Source of the DNA: Octopus sinensis
Lineage: Eukaryota
Direction: 5' to 3'
Assembly: GCF_006345805.1 (NCBI RefSeq)
Contig: NC_043020.1
Location: forward strand, 15,810,001 to 15,874,000
DNA length: 64,000 nt
The notes below the pieces were generated by a model. The model worked only from the letters and a program-made list of their open reading frames with translations, was not told where the DNA came from and ran no database searches. Shown piece by piece: positions 26,114-39,149 of this stretch (position 1 is the stretch's first letter; the number at the start of each line of letters is the position of its first letter). A program made the position numbers and the translations under genes.

Positions 26114-26693
26114 TAAAGTTATCGGTAAACGTTTTTGATTTTCACTCTCGATAAATTCATCCCCTTTTTGTGTTCCCAGAACTCGGCATCTTTATTTAGG
26201 AGCCCTTAATTGTATATATATATATATATAGATATGTATATATATATATAGATATGTATATATATATATATAGATATGTATATATATATATATATATAGA
26301 TATGTATATATATATATTATATAGATATGTATATATATGTATGTATATATATATATAGATATGTATATATATGTATGTATATATATATAGATATGTATAT
26401 ATATGTATATATATATATATATATAGATATGTATATATATGTATATATATATATATATATAGATATGTATATATATGTATATATATATATATATAGATAT
26501 GATATATATGTATAATATATATATATATATGTATATATATGTATATATATATATATATATAGATATGTATATATATGTATATATATATATATAGATATGT
26601 ATATATATGTATATATATATATATAGATATGTATATATATGTATATATATATATATATAGATATGTATATATATGTATATAATATAATATTAG

Positions 26694-26732
<39 letters not shown>

Positions 26733-26760
26733 TATGTATATATATGTATATATAGATATG

Positions 26761-26792
<32 letters not shown>

Positions 26793-27287
26793 GTGTGTGT
26801 GTGTGTGTGTGTATATGTTTGTTGTCTGTGTTTGTCACCCCAAAATCGCTTGATAACCAATGCTGGTGTGTTTACGTCCCTGTAACTTAGCAGTCGGTTC
26901 AGCAAAAAAATACCGATAGAATAAGTACTAGGCTTACGAAGAAAAGTCCTGGGGTCGATTTGCACGACTAAAGGCGGTGCTCCAGCATGGCCACAGTCAA
27001 ATGACTGAAACACGTAAAAGATAAACAAGTTGCAGATAATATTAACATCCCACAAAGTAAACATGGAATTACCCATCGGAGGAATTCGCAGCATGCGTGA
27101 CAACTCCTAGTAGTCATAAAAGCTAACTATTAAGTGATGCAGTTAGCTGTAACCAGGAATACAACTGTGAGCTACCATTGTATCGGCCCAGTGTGTGTTT
27201 AAAGTTTGGTCACTGATTTGCAAACAGCTAGTGACCAGTATATGATGTTTGCTTTCTTGTAAAGCTATATATATATAAATATATATA

Positions 27288-27494
27288 GTTAATCCAAACA
27301 TGAAAACACAACAACGCGAGGATGTGGAACAAATATAGTATTATTGGACGCTCAGGAAGGAAGGGAAGAAGGAGGGTTTAATGTTTCGAACGGAGCTCTT
27401 TGTCAGAAACATAGGAAAAGGAAAGATCCAGAGAAGGGATGACGGTGGAAAAAAATCGCCAACGGTACACACGTGGTCACATTTTGAATGTTCA
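27288..27494 (-). mobile_element. Penelope-like remnant with decayed minimal hammerhead (27376-27410)
   Basis: Minus strand GTTT CTGACAA A GAGC-tcc-GTTC GAAAC AT T AAAC. Confidence 0.6.
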
Positions 27495-27533
27495 TTTAAT
27501 GTTCAACTGCTTCTATATATATATATATATATA

Positions 27534-27935
27534 TCTATTTATATATAAAAGTGAAGTTGTGTGTCTATCTCCTATGATTTAGATTCCTAACTACTCCCAC
27601 ATTTTGCGGTGCAGTTTAACCAAAACCGGGTATCTTATAGTCGTGATTCATATCGAGCCCTTCTGGGTATTAGCGCACGTCTACGACGAGTCTACGATTT
27701 AAAAAATAATTTACCGTCATTTTTTTCCATTTTAATACATTTGTTTCGCTATTATATAAGGGAAGTAACTCTCTAAAAATGTCTACGATGAGTCAACGAT
27801 TTAAAAAAAAAATTACCATAATTTTTTTTCCATTTTTAATGCATTTTTTTTGCTATTTTTTGGCTATAACTCTCTAAAAATGCTTATATAGTTATTTCCC
27901 TTACAAACCCGAGCAACGCCGGGTGATACTGCTAG
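27534..27935 (+). mobile_element. Non-autonomous Helitron
   Basis: A|TC start, CCCGAGCAACGCCGGG hairpin, CTAG|T end; related copy at 44986-45503. Confidence 0.85.
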
Positions 27936-27939
27936 TATA

Positions 27940-30900
27940 TCTCTCTATATATAAACGGCAGTTTGTCTGTGCGTGCTTCTGTGTGTCTGTTTTCTCGTAC
28001 CCTCACCCTGACCACGGCTTTCAACCGATTCTGATGAAACTTGACACACACATAGCCCAATGTCATAATTCAAAACTAACGCAGCGAAAATTTTGAAAAG
28101 TTCCCCCAGTTCTGAAAAAAATTGATAAATTCGACATGGGGTCGAGAATCATAAACATGAACCACAGACTGTCTAGGGGACGCAACTCGAGAATCTAAGC
28201 TTTTTTTATGCAACGCATTATCTATGGTAGTTTTCACAACTTGCAATCGATTTTCACCCAACTCATGGTGAAGCTTAATGTTACCCTAAGAAACTCAATT
28301 CTGACTTTAGTTTTCCATGCAATACCTTACCATCAGAAACAATCGATAAAATCATGCCATTTTGGGAAATCGCGTTCAAATTCAAGATGACATATTTTCG
28401 ACAATATCTTTCACAAATTGGCAGGAATCTTTTTTTTTTTCACAACGAGCATCATGTCTGCTCCAAGGAGCTATATAGCCCTTTTTATTCCAATAGGATA
28501 CATTATTGGAAAAAATCGGTTAATTTAATCATATGTGGCACACATAGCAAACAAATTTGTGTATTAAACACAAACCAGACTGTCTAGGGGACGCAACTTG
28601 ACCTTTTTAGCTATCGATAATTCGATCCAACCAATTCCTACCAGGAAGAAATTACATTCGAGACTTTACCCCCAACACCGCCACTTCTGCTAATAGCTGC
28701 TTTAGCCGCAAGTTATTCGAATACTTTTTTGTTTAAACTTTCTTTATAACTACCACCCCAAACGTTTTACCTTCAATTTTTGACGTACCCTAACGGTCCT
28801 CGGACGCTACTTGCAAACTCTTGGTTTATTATAAACCACTTTTGTCGTGTGTGCATCAAAAAACTTTTCCTTTCGTTTGTTCAGTTTGATCACTTTTGAC
28901 TTTTTCGTTGTTGTCACTCACATTGCTGCCAGCTTTTTGGCCGTTTTTTTACATTTTTATACATTTTCGGATACTTACCCCACGAGCTCCTTTTTATTAC
29001 ACCTTTACCAAACACATTGCTATCCCCAAAATACTTACCCCACGTGTTCCTTTTTATTACACCTTTGCCAAACACATTGCTATCCACCAAAATGCCCCCG
29101 AAGAAGAGAAGGACCCTCCTCAGCCCTCGGACGGCCAAGGCATCGGCTGCTAGGGCTAGAAGGGCACGCGAGACCACGAGGAAACCGCCTTGCGCCTCTC
29201 GCAAACAGCTTCCCGTTATGCCGCTGCTCAGGCATCTGAAACTACTAGCGACCGTTCTACCCGACTTGCAAGGGTCGCAGCGTACAGATCTTCCCTCCGC
29301 TCGAGGTTGACGAAAGAGAACAGTCCCGCCAAAACATGCGGGCTTCTTACTGTGCTTCCATCCGCAGAGCTCGCGAGAACCCCGAACAAAGGGCCATTCG
29401 GAATGCGGCTAACGCCACTAGCACCGCCAGGACACGATCTGTCGAAACCTCACAGCAGAGGAGAACTCGCCAATGTGCTGACGCCGCAAACAAAGCCATG
29501 GCCAAAGCTGCCGAAACACCTCAACAGAGGAGAGCTCGCCAAGCTGCTAACGCCGCAAACAGCCAGGGCTCGATCTGCCGAAACTCCACACCAACGGACT
29601 ATTCGGACATCCAGACATGCCATTAGCACTGCTTCTGCTAGGGCTTCAGAGGGTGCTGATGCGAGAGCTGAAAGGCTTTCAAGGGATGCCACTGCTACCG
29701 CTGTCGCACGTGCATCTGAATCTGCTGAGGCACGGTGCACTCGACTTGAGAGTATCAACAAACGTCGGGATATCATTCGTGGTGTACGTACCCCTGCCCC
29801 CGCTTTCTGGTTGTCACTAGCATTCAACTACGACGCCACAATTAACTTCTCCTTGCGTGACGACATCAAGATAGGGTCAATGACAATTGTATGCCAGTTT
29901 TGCAAAGCCGAGAAATGGCCCGGAGAGCCACTGGTTTGTGCTGCTCTGGTGGCAAAGTGGACCTGCCACCCCTACGGGAACCACCTCAACCACTGAAGGA
30001 TCTCGCGGCGGGTTTAACCCCCGATTCGTCACAATTCCTTGAAATAATTCGAAAGTACAACTGCTCATTCCAAATGACCTCTTTCGGGGCCAAAATTCCT
30101 CCCAGAGAAGGCTGGATGCCTACTTTCAAAGTGCAGGGACAGGTCTACCATCTTATTGGGTCACTTCTGCCAGACGAGATTCAGCAGTCTTCTTTCCTCC
30201 AAATATACTTCATTGCCGACTACAACCACCAGGTTGATGCACGCCTTGGAATAATACGGGTACAAGCTATGTTCCCCGCAAAGACATTCTTCTCCGTCTC
30301 CAAACCATGCTTCATGATATCAACAGCTACGTCTGCAGCTTCAGATATGCCTTGGACAGTGCTCCATCTCCAAACTTCACCGTTGTCATTGATGCTGATA
30401 AACGACCACGGGGAGCACGAACGCCGTTCAACACACCTGCGTGCAACGAAATTGCCGCAGTCATACACGGAGAGCAACACAACAGCCGTGACATAATCAT
30501 CTCCTCCCGTGGTAACAACCTACACAGGATCAGCGAGACTCACAGATCTTATGACGCGCTTCAGTATCCATTGCTTTTCCCTATGGGGAAGACGGCTACC
30601 ACTTCGGAATTCCTTTACGGCAGCCCTTCAATCAAACTACTGCGGCATCAAAGACGGTTTCCTGCAGGGCGTTCTACTCATACCGGTTCATGGTCAGGGA
30701 GGGTGAGTTCAACTTATTGCCCCGTTGTCGTCAGCTATTCAACCAGTTCGCCGTCGACATGGCCGCAAAAATGGAATCGGAAAGGCTGCTATACATTAAA
30801 CTTAATCAGACCAAACTTCGCTCCGACTCCTACATTCATCTCCGTGACGGTTTGCAACAAGAAAATGACCCTCGCAACATCGGCAAGCCATGCATTCTAC

Positions 30901-33900
30901 CCTCCACCTTCACGGGAGGACCGCGATATATGCGTGAAAGGACCCAAGACGCCTTGACCTACGTGCGCATTTACAGCTGGCCGGACCTCTTTATCACCTA
31001 CACGTGCAATCCCAGCTGCGACGAAATCACTCGCGAACTCCTCCCGGGTCAATCTCACACCCATCGACACGACATCGTTGCTTGGGTTTTCCGTCTGAAT
31101 TTGGGCAAAATGAAGGATTTGATAGTTAAGGGTCAGATTTTCGGGCATGTCAGGTGCCACATGTTTTCGGTCGAGTGGCAAAAGAGGGCTTGCCACATGC
31201 TCACATCTTAATTTGGCTCACTTAAAATCGAGACTAATGACATTGACAAATCATTTCCGCCGAGATTCCTGACCCGATGAGGACCCCGGACTCTACGAAA
31301 TTGTCCGCACTACCATAGTACACGGGCTCTGTGGACCAAATTACGCCAACACACCATGCTACAAAAACAGATTAGCCTGCTCAAAGGGATTCCCTAAACG
31401 GTTCACTTTGGAGACTCAAACAGGCGGCGATGGGTATCCGCTGTACAAACGAAGGAGTCCAGCAGCAATGGAGGCCGCACGATTACGGTTGGGCGACATC
31501 AAGTGGACGACAGCTACATTGTCCCCTACTGTCCTCTCCTGTCGAAGATATTCAAAGCCCACGTCAACGTTGAGTTCTGCAGCTCCATCAGGTCAATACA
31601 ATATGTCTGCAAATATATCAACAAAGGCAGCGATGCTGCTGCCATGTCAGCATCCAGAGGACCACTGGCCGGTACCTCAGCAGCAACGAAGCGTTTTGGC
31701 GCATTTACGGCTTCCCGCTCCATCAGAGACACCCGGCTGTGGTGCAGCTTGCTGTACACTTGGAAAATGGACAGCGGATTTACTTCACACAGAGCAAAGT
31801 GCTGTGCAGATAGCCACCAGCCCTAAAGACACAACGTTGACTGGTTTCTTCAAATTATGCCAACGTGATGACTTCGCTCGAACGCTTTTGTACCCACAGG
31901 TCCCATCGTACTTCGTGTGGTCTAAAAAACACCTAGGTTCGACGGAAATCCGGCAAAAACGTCGAAAGCTTCCCAGGTGTCAAGTTTGACTCCTGCCTGG
32001 GTCGAGTTTACAACATCCCGCCAAACCAACAAGAATGCTTCTACCTCCGTCTCCTTCTACATGAGGTCACTGGTCCAACAGGTTCCGCCAATATACGTAC
32101 CGTCAATGGGGTTCTGTGCGACACCTTCAGGGAAGCATGTATGAGACTTGGCCTTCTAGAGGATGACTCCCAGTGGGACGCCACGATGGCAGAGGGTGCT
32201 TTACTGCAAACGCATTCGGCCTACGACATCTTTTCGCAATCCTTCTTCAAAATGTCAGCTTAGTGATCCACTAAGTCTCTGGATGAAATACAGGGATGAC
32301 ATGTCGCACGACTTCTTACGTACGGCTCAGCAACACTGCCCTCCGCCGAGATCACGTTCACCAACTTCATTTACAATTTTGCGCTCATTCAACTCGAAGA
32401 CGCTGTCATCGATATGGGGGGGTCTGCTTTAACAGAGTACGGCCTTCCACCACCCACACGTGAACACGCCAATGTTATGTCTGCTGAATTGTTACGCGAA
32501 ACTTCCTACTGCATTGAGGAACTGCACCAGTACGTCCAAGATAATGAACCACGGCTGCTTCCAGACCAGCGCATAGCCTACAACATCATCGTAGACTCTG
32601 TCAGACAGCAACGTGGGGGGATTTTCTTCCTTGATGCACCCGGCGGCACTGGCAAAACCTTCGTCACTAAACTAATTCTGGCAGAGGTCAGACACAACAC
32701 GGACATTGCCCTGGCTGTAGCTTCCTCTGGTATCGCGGCCACGTTGCTTCCGGGTGGCAGAACCGCCCACTCTGCCTTCAGACTCCCGCTCGATCTGGCA
32801 AAGTCCGAGTCACCTATCTGCAACATCGCCAAGAACTCAGAACAGGCCGACATTCTGCGCAGATGCAAACTCATCGTATGGGACGAGTGCACTATGGCAC
32901 ACAAAGGCGCCCTTGAGGCACTGGACAGGTCCCTGCAAGACATCAGAGACTCTACGGCGCCCATGGGAGGATTAACTTTACTTCTTTCAGGAGACTTCAG
33001 GCAGACTCTACCTGTTATTCCAAAAGGAACCCGTGCCGATGCCGTGCGCGCGTGCCTTAAGTCGTCAGCTCTTTGGGCACATGTGCGGCCCTTGCACCTC
33101 CAAACTAACATGTGCGCGCAGTTAATTGGTGACAGCGGATCCGCTGCATCTCCAGGGACTCTTATCGCTCGGTGAAAATAGGATGCTGTCTGATGCGGAT
33201 GGCTACGTTCAATTGGACTCACTTTGCACCATTGTCGACACCCCTGCTAGCCTCCGGGACGCTGTCTTCCACGACCTACAAAACAATTTACGCGACCTAA
33301 AATGGCTGGCAGGCAGAGCTATTCTCGCACCCAAAAATACAACCGTCAACTCCATCAATATCCAGCTACTTGAAGCTATTCCTGGTGATGTCCACGTCTA
33401 CAAATCTATAGATAGGACAGCAGACCCCGCCCAGCTTGCCGATTATCCTGTTGAATTCCTGAATTCACTTGAACCGCCAGGCCTGCCACCACACATCCTG
33501 AAGTTAAAAGTCGGTGCGCCCATTATGCTCATCAGGAATTTGGTTCCACCTAAACAGTGCAACGGCACACGTTTGGTTGTGAAACATTTGGCACCACATT
33601 TAATAACGGCCACAATACTTACCGGTTGTGGGAAGGGAGAGGACGTCTTCATTCCACGGATGCACCTTCAACCGTCGGGCGCTGACCTACCAATCCACTT
33701 CAGGCGTTCTCAGTTTCCTGTTAAACTATGCTTCACAATGTCCATCAATAATCCCAAGGCCAAACGCTACAAGTCGCTGGGTTACATTTGGGCGAACAGT
33801 GCTTCGCCCACGTTCAACTCTACGTGGGCTGTTCACGCGTTGGGGGCGCGCAATGATTTTCATGTTTTCGCCCAAACGGACAGCTAGGAACATCGTATAT

Positions 33901-34040
33901 ACAGAAGTATTCCAGTGAAGACAAGACATTGCAACGTCCACATGCACCTTCGTTCCCTGGAGGGAAAGGACTACATTGGGATTAGTCGTTGCCTACTAGG
34001 GGCTCTTACATACCCGGGCAACGCCGGGCTATGCTGCTAG
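27940..34040 (+). mobile_element. Full-length autonomous-type Helitron
   Basis: A|TC at 27940, hairpin CCCGGGCAACGCCGGG at 34013-34028, CTAG|T at 34037-34040, RepHel coding region inside. Confidence 0.95.
29092..33918 (+). pseudogene. Helitron Rep/PIF1-like helicase, frameshifted in this sequence
   Basis: HUH Rep motifs PDLFITYTCNP, VEWQKR(G)LPHAHIL, YVCKYINKGSD; helicase motifs DAPGGTGKT, VWDECTM, GDFRQTLPV, SQGQTL, QLYVGCSRV; split over several frames. Confidence 0.95.
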
Positions 34041-34053
34041 TATATATATATAT

Positions 34054-34445
34054 AGAAGCAGTTGAACATTAAATGGAAGGATCCACTCAATACTTTCTGG
34101 TAGAGCAGTATATTCTATTTACTTTTACAAGGAAAGGTCACTAGTGATTTTGAAGGTTGAGACTTCTGACTTGCTTGCCAATGAGGTCAGCTAAGTTGAT
34201 TTTGAAGTCACTGTCAACATATTCCCTGGTAAAGAAGAAATAAATACTTACATGCGTAAATTCTTTTCTGATTAGGAAGTCTAAAGTGTGAAGGAGAGAT
34301 GTTAAATCTCTTTTAAAGTGCTCAGTTCTGATAATATTCTTTCAGTTATAACAATTGAGGGCAAGAGAGGAGAGAGCAAGTATTTTTCACAATTATAAAC
34401 CAGACTGATAAGTCAGTCACCTCTAGAAACAGAGTCACTTGAAAA
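34054..34445 (-). repeat. Right arm of the ~390-bp inverted repeat
   Basis: Reverse complement of 23218-23622, plus 27493-27513. Confidence 0.88.
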
Positions 34446-34449
34446 TATA

Positions 34450-35169
34450 TATTATACACACACACACACACAATCACAGACACACATATATTTTTATGTA
34501 TATATATATATACATACATATATTTTTATGTATATATACATACATACACATATTTTTTTTATGTATATATACATACATATATTTATATGTATATATATAT
34601 ACATACATTCATACGTATACATACCTATATATAAATATATATATACACCTATATATATATACTCACACATGTTTACACACATGTATACATATCTATACAT
34701 ACATATATGTATATATATGCATATATATATATATATATATATAATATACACATACACATATGTATACATATCTATATATACATATATGTATATATATATG
34801 CATATATATATACACACACGTTTACACACATATGTATATATATCTATACATACATATATGTATATATATATGCATATATATACACACATGTATATATATC
34901 TATACACACACACACACACATATATATATATACACACACACACACATACATACACAAATACTATTTACACATGCATGCAAGCATGTGCACACACATACAC
35001 ACACATGCCCACATTCATGTAACGCCCTAGCATACATCATGGGAAGAACAGCTGAAGATAACATATTTCAATATTCATCGACACAAATCTCAAACTGTGT
35101 CCTTCCTTCTCTTCCTCCACACTCCACCACCCACATGCAGACCCTAAAACTAAATGCACTGTCATTTTA

Positions 35170-35202
<33 letters not shown>

Positions 35203-35448
35203 TATAAATAGTGGGAATAAGGGATACAATGCTAGCGAATTTAAAACTCCTGCGTAAAAAATTTTGAAATTCCACAGAAAATATTCATGTTGTTGAAACA
35301 CATACACACACACATATATACAATGAGAGAAAAAGAGAAAAAGGTGTGGGGGGGGTGAGTATAAAGATGCACATGTGCAAAACTTAAATGTACATACACA
35401 CACATAAATACATATATACACATGCACATATATAAAAGTGTATACACT

Positions 35449-35492
<44 letters not shown>

Positions 35493-35870
35493 CACATACA
35501 TATGTACACACACACATATATGTGTATATACATACACACATACATACACATACACATATATATACACATACATACATACACCCATATATTTATACATACA
35601 CAGATATACTTACATATATATGTGTGTGTGTATATATATATATATATGTATATACATACAAACATACAGACATGTAAACATACCTATATACATACACATT
35701 CATACATACATACACAAATATATACATATAAATATTCATATACATACACACACACACACTCATACACACACACATATATATATATACACATATACATATA
35801 TACAAGCATACACATACATACATGCAAACATAAACATACACACACATGCATACATATGTACTTATATACA
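34450..35870. repeat. TA/CA/TACA microsatellite tracts
   Basis: Low complexity. Confidence 0.9.
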
Positions 35871-36040
35871 TGTACAAGAAATCCCCACCAAGCACTTACT
35901 ACACAAAAGACAAGAATCCTCGGCTGACAACAGATACAAGTTGTACAAAGCTAAAACTGAAGACATTAACCTCATTATTCTCAACAGCAAAAAAAGCAAA
36001 AATGTCCTCATGATACAACTATCTTCCCACAAGACATAAA
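35865..36040 (+). mobile_element. Possible decayed R4/Dong-type LINE fragment (region around the CCHC knuckle)
   Basis: QEIPTKHL..KRQ....DNRYKLYK...EDI..II resembles from memory the QE...CRLC...E...HII region, with the Cys residues lost. Confidence 0.35.
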
Positions 36041-36309
36041 AATGGCGGTCAAAAACAATTTAAAGAAGGCTACATATGAAACGAATAAAAACAACAAATA
36101 TGAATTAACACACGCACTATATATTTGGTGTTACTTTGCTTCAGTGTTATTTATTTTTTTACATTAATCTTAATCTTATTTCGGCCAGAGTTCTTTCGTC
36201 ACACTCCTGTGACTGCATCAGTGGTCCTTTGCTTTCTTCTTTCTTATTTGTGTGTCTCTCCTTACTAACGGTCAGCTATTTTGTATTTCTTGATGAAATG
36301 TTTAGACGT

Positions 36310-36700
36310 AGGAGTGGCTGTGTGGTAAGTAGCTTGCTTACCAACCACATGGTTCCGGGTTCAGTCCCACTGCGTAGCACCTTGGGCAAAGTATATTCTA
36401 CTATAGACTTGGGCCAACCAAAGCCTTATGAGTGGATTTGGTAGATGGAAACTGAAAGAAGCCAGTCGCATATATGTATATGTATGCATGTGTATATGTC
36501 TGTGTGTCTGTGGTTGTCCCCCCAACATTGCTTGATAACTGATGCTGGTGTTTACGTCCCTGTAACTTAGCAGTTCAGCAAAAGAGACCGTTAGAATAAA
36601 TACTAGGCTTATAAAGAATAAGTCCTGGGGTCGATTTGCTCGACAAAAGGCAGTGCTCCAGCATGGCCACAGTCAACTGACTGCAATGAGTAAAAGAGGA
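36310..36700 (+). mobile_element. SINE family A
   Basis: Family match. Confidence 0.9.
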
Positions 36701-37439
36701 TGAACAATGACACCACAAGGTGCACATGTCAACAGGACAACACTGCTTTCATTACATAAATGGAGGAGATGAAGGCATATCCTGAACTATTTCTGATGAT
36801 GATTCTGCAGCTTCCAAGATACAGAGACTACCGAAACACAAGATCAGGTCTAAGACAGGAAATCAATGCCCAGGAATAGATACAAATATCTTAAAGATAT
36901 AAGTAAATATACCTATGCATAACGAACATGTCTGTATTCAACATACTTTGGCAGGTGAAAGTGACATTACAATAGATAAAAGTCAACGACAGGTAAACCA
37001 AATTCACGATGTTTGCCAACATCGCATCAGCGAATTTCATCCAAATTCATGCAATGGTTATATTTTTAAGATTTTTGTACTGGAATAACAGCATTTCATC
37101 AAAATCACTAGCTTCATCCAAATGTTTGCAATATTTATCTACATTTTTTTATGATTTTTGTACTGAAATAACAACATTTCATCAGAATCACTTGTTTCTA
37201 AAAGGATTGAGAGATTTAGAGAGAGAAAGCACGACAGGAATTTAAAAGTTGCCATTCCATTCCAGAAAAGACAGGCAAGTATATTTCTTTTCTCTCAGAT
37301 TGAGGTTATAAATACTACCTGAAATTCTGTGAAACTTTGTTTTTGCATGCTGAAATGGTACGATAAGACAGATACCATATATGTTAACCATCTTTGTTGT
37401 CACACCTGTTTGGTAACAATATCTTAACCTACCTTTATA

Positions 37440-37930
<491 letters not shown>

Positions 37931-38234
37931 TGTAGAGGCTATATCTTAATTAGATCTTGTTTTATGTGGTTTACTTAACAAAACTGCCTGTGTTTCCCAG
38001 TCTAATCTCTAGCTTGCCTATTTTGCCACCTGCCAGGTAACTAATGTCGTATCATTTGATCTACTTTGAAAGTTCTTTAATTCAACATGAACTCTTGCTG
38101 TTTTCTTGTCAGTGTTCGTTTGTTTCAAGGCAATTGGAGATAAGTTCCTCACCCAAGCACATAACATAAAATCTACACAAGTTAACACGGGAACTTCTTT
38201 GCGGTTGATTGATATACTAGAAACAGCAGCACAT

Positions 38235-38910
38235 TTCCTTAACCTATTTCTTTACTACCCACAAGGGGCCAAACACAGAGGGGACAAACAAGGACAGACA
38301 TAGGTATTAAGTCGATTACATCGACCCCAGTGCGTAACTGGTACTTAATTTATCGACCCCGAAAGGATGAAAGGCAAAGTCGACCTCGGCGGAATTTGAA
38401 CTCACAACGTAATGCAGACGAACTACCGCTAAGCATTTCGCCCGGTGTGCTAATGTTTCTGCCAGCTCGCTGCCTTAACCCTTTGGATATCAACCTACCT
38501 GAGATCAAAAGTGATTTTAAAGTAATTTAAATTAAATTTTCCATGCTAATTTGTTCTGAATTTCAGCTGAATTATGACTAATTCATTTTATTAAATTCTT
38601 CATTATTTCATATAGTGCATGCATATGGCCTAGTGGTTATGATGTTACACTCACAAATGCAAGACTGTGGTTTCAATTCTGCGAGCTGGCAGAAGCGTTA
38701 CATGCCGGGCGAAATGCGTAGCCGTATTTCGTCTGCCGCTACCTTCTGAGTTCAAATTCCGCCGAGGTCGACTTTGCCTTTCATCCTCTCGGGGTCGATA
38801 AATTTAGTACTAGTTACGCACTGGGGTCGATGTAATCAACTTAATCCATTTGTCTGTCCTTGTTTATCCCCTCTGTGTTTAGCCCCTTGTGGGCAGTAAA
38901 GAAATAGAAA
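38235..38910. mobile_element. Two SINE family B copies, divergent (38235-38475 minus, 38680-38910 plus)
   Basis: Family match on both strands. Confidence 0.88.
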
Positions 38911-39149
38911 TAGGTGTGACATTTCTGCTGCCGCCACCGCTGGTACTGTTTGATGGCCTCAAAAAGGATGAAAGGCAAAGTTGGCTGTGGCAGGATTTGA
39001 ACTCAGACTACAGAGGCTTGAAAAAAAATACCATGTGGCATTCTATCGAAGGCTCTAATAACTCTACCAATTTGCTGCTTTGCATACAACATAATCATGC
39101 TATATAACAACAATATACAACATAATCAAGTGATATAATCACTATTTAC

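Larger units (their letters stand above)
24479..26215 (+). mobile_element. Retrozyme-like tandem array, ~443 bp x ~3.9, one hammerhead per unit
   Basis: Anchor TATTTTTGTC at 24481, 24922, 25366, 25809; units differ mainly by homopolymer indels; no coding capacity. Confidence 0.85.
23621..27025 (+). mobile_element. SINE family A split by ~3 kb of nested insertions (5' half 23621-23755, 3' half 26781-27025)
   Basis: Both halves are on the + strand and face into the same expanded TA-rich microsatellite. Confidence 0.7.

Noticed and set aside
24479-26215. Ordinary satellite, or a coding repeat (ORF 25095-25277)
   Set aside because: The short antisense ORF has no recognisable motif; the hammerhead fold in every unit explains the structure better
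28031-28037. CTGATGA in the Helitron 5' region
   Set aside because: No stem I, II or III pairing around it
27493-34075. 25-bp inverted repeat as Helitron or Helentron TIRs
   Set aside because: It lies outside the TC and CTAG termini and is the inner end of the 390-bp arms; no endonuclease domain seen
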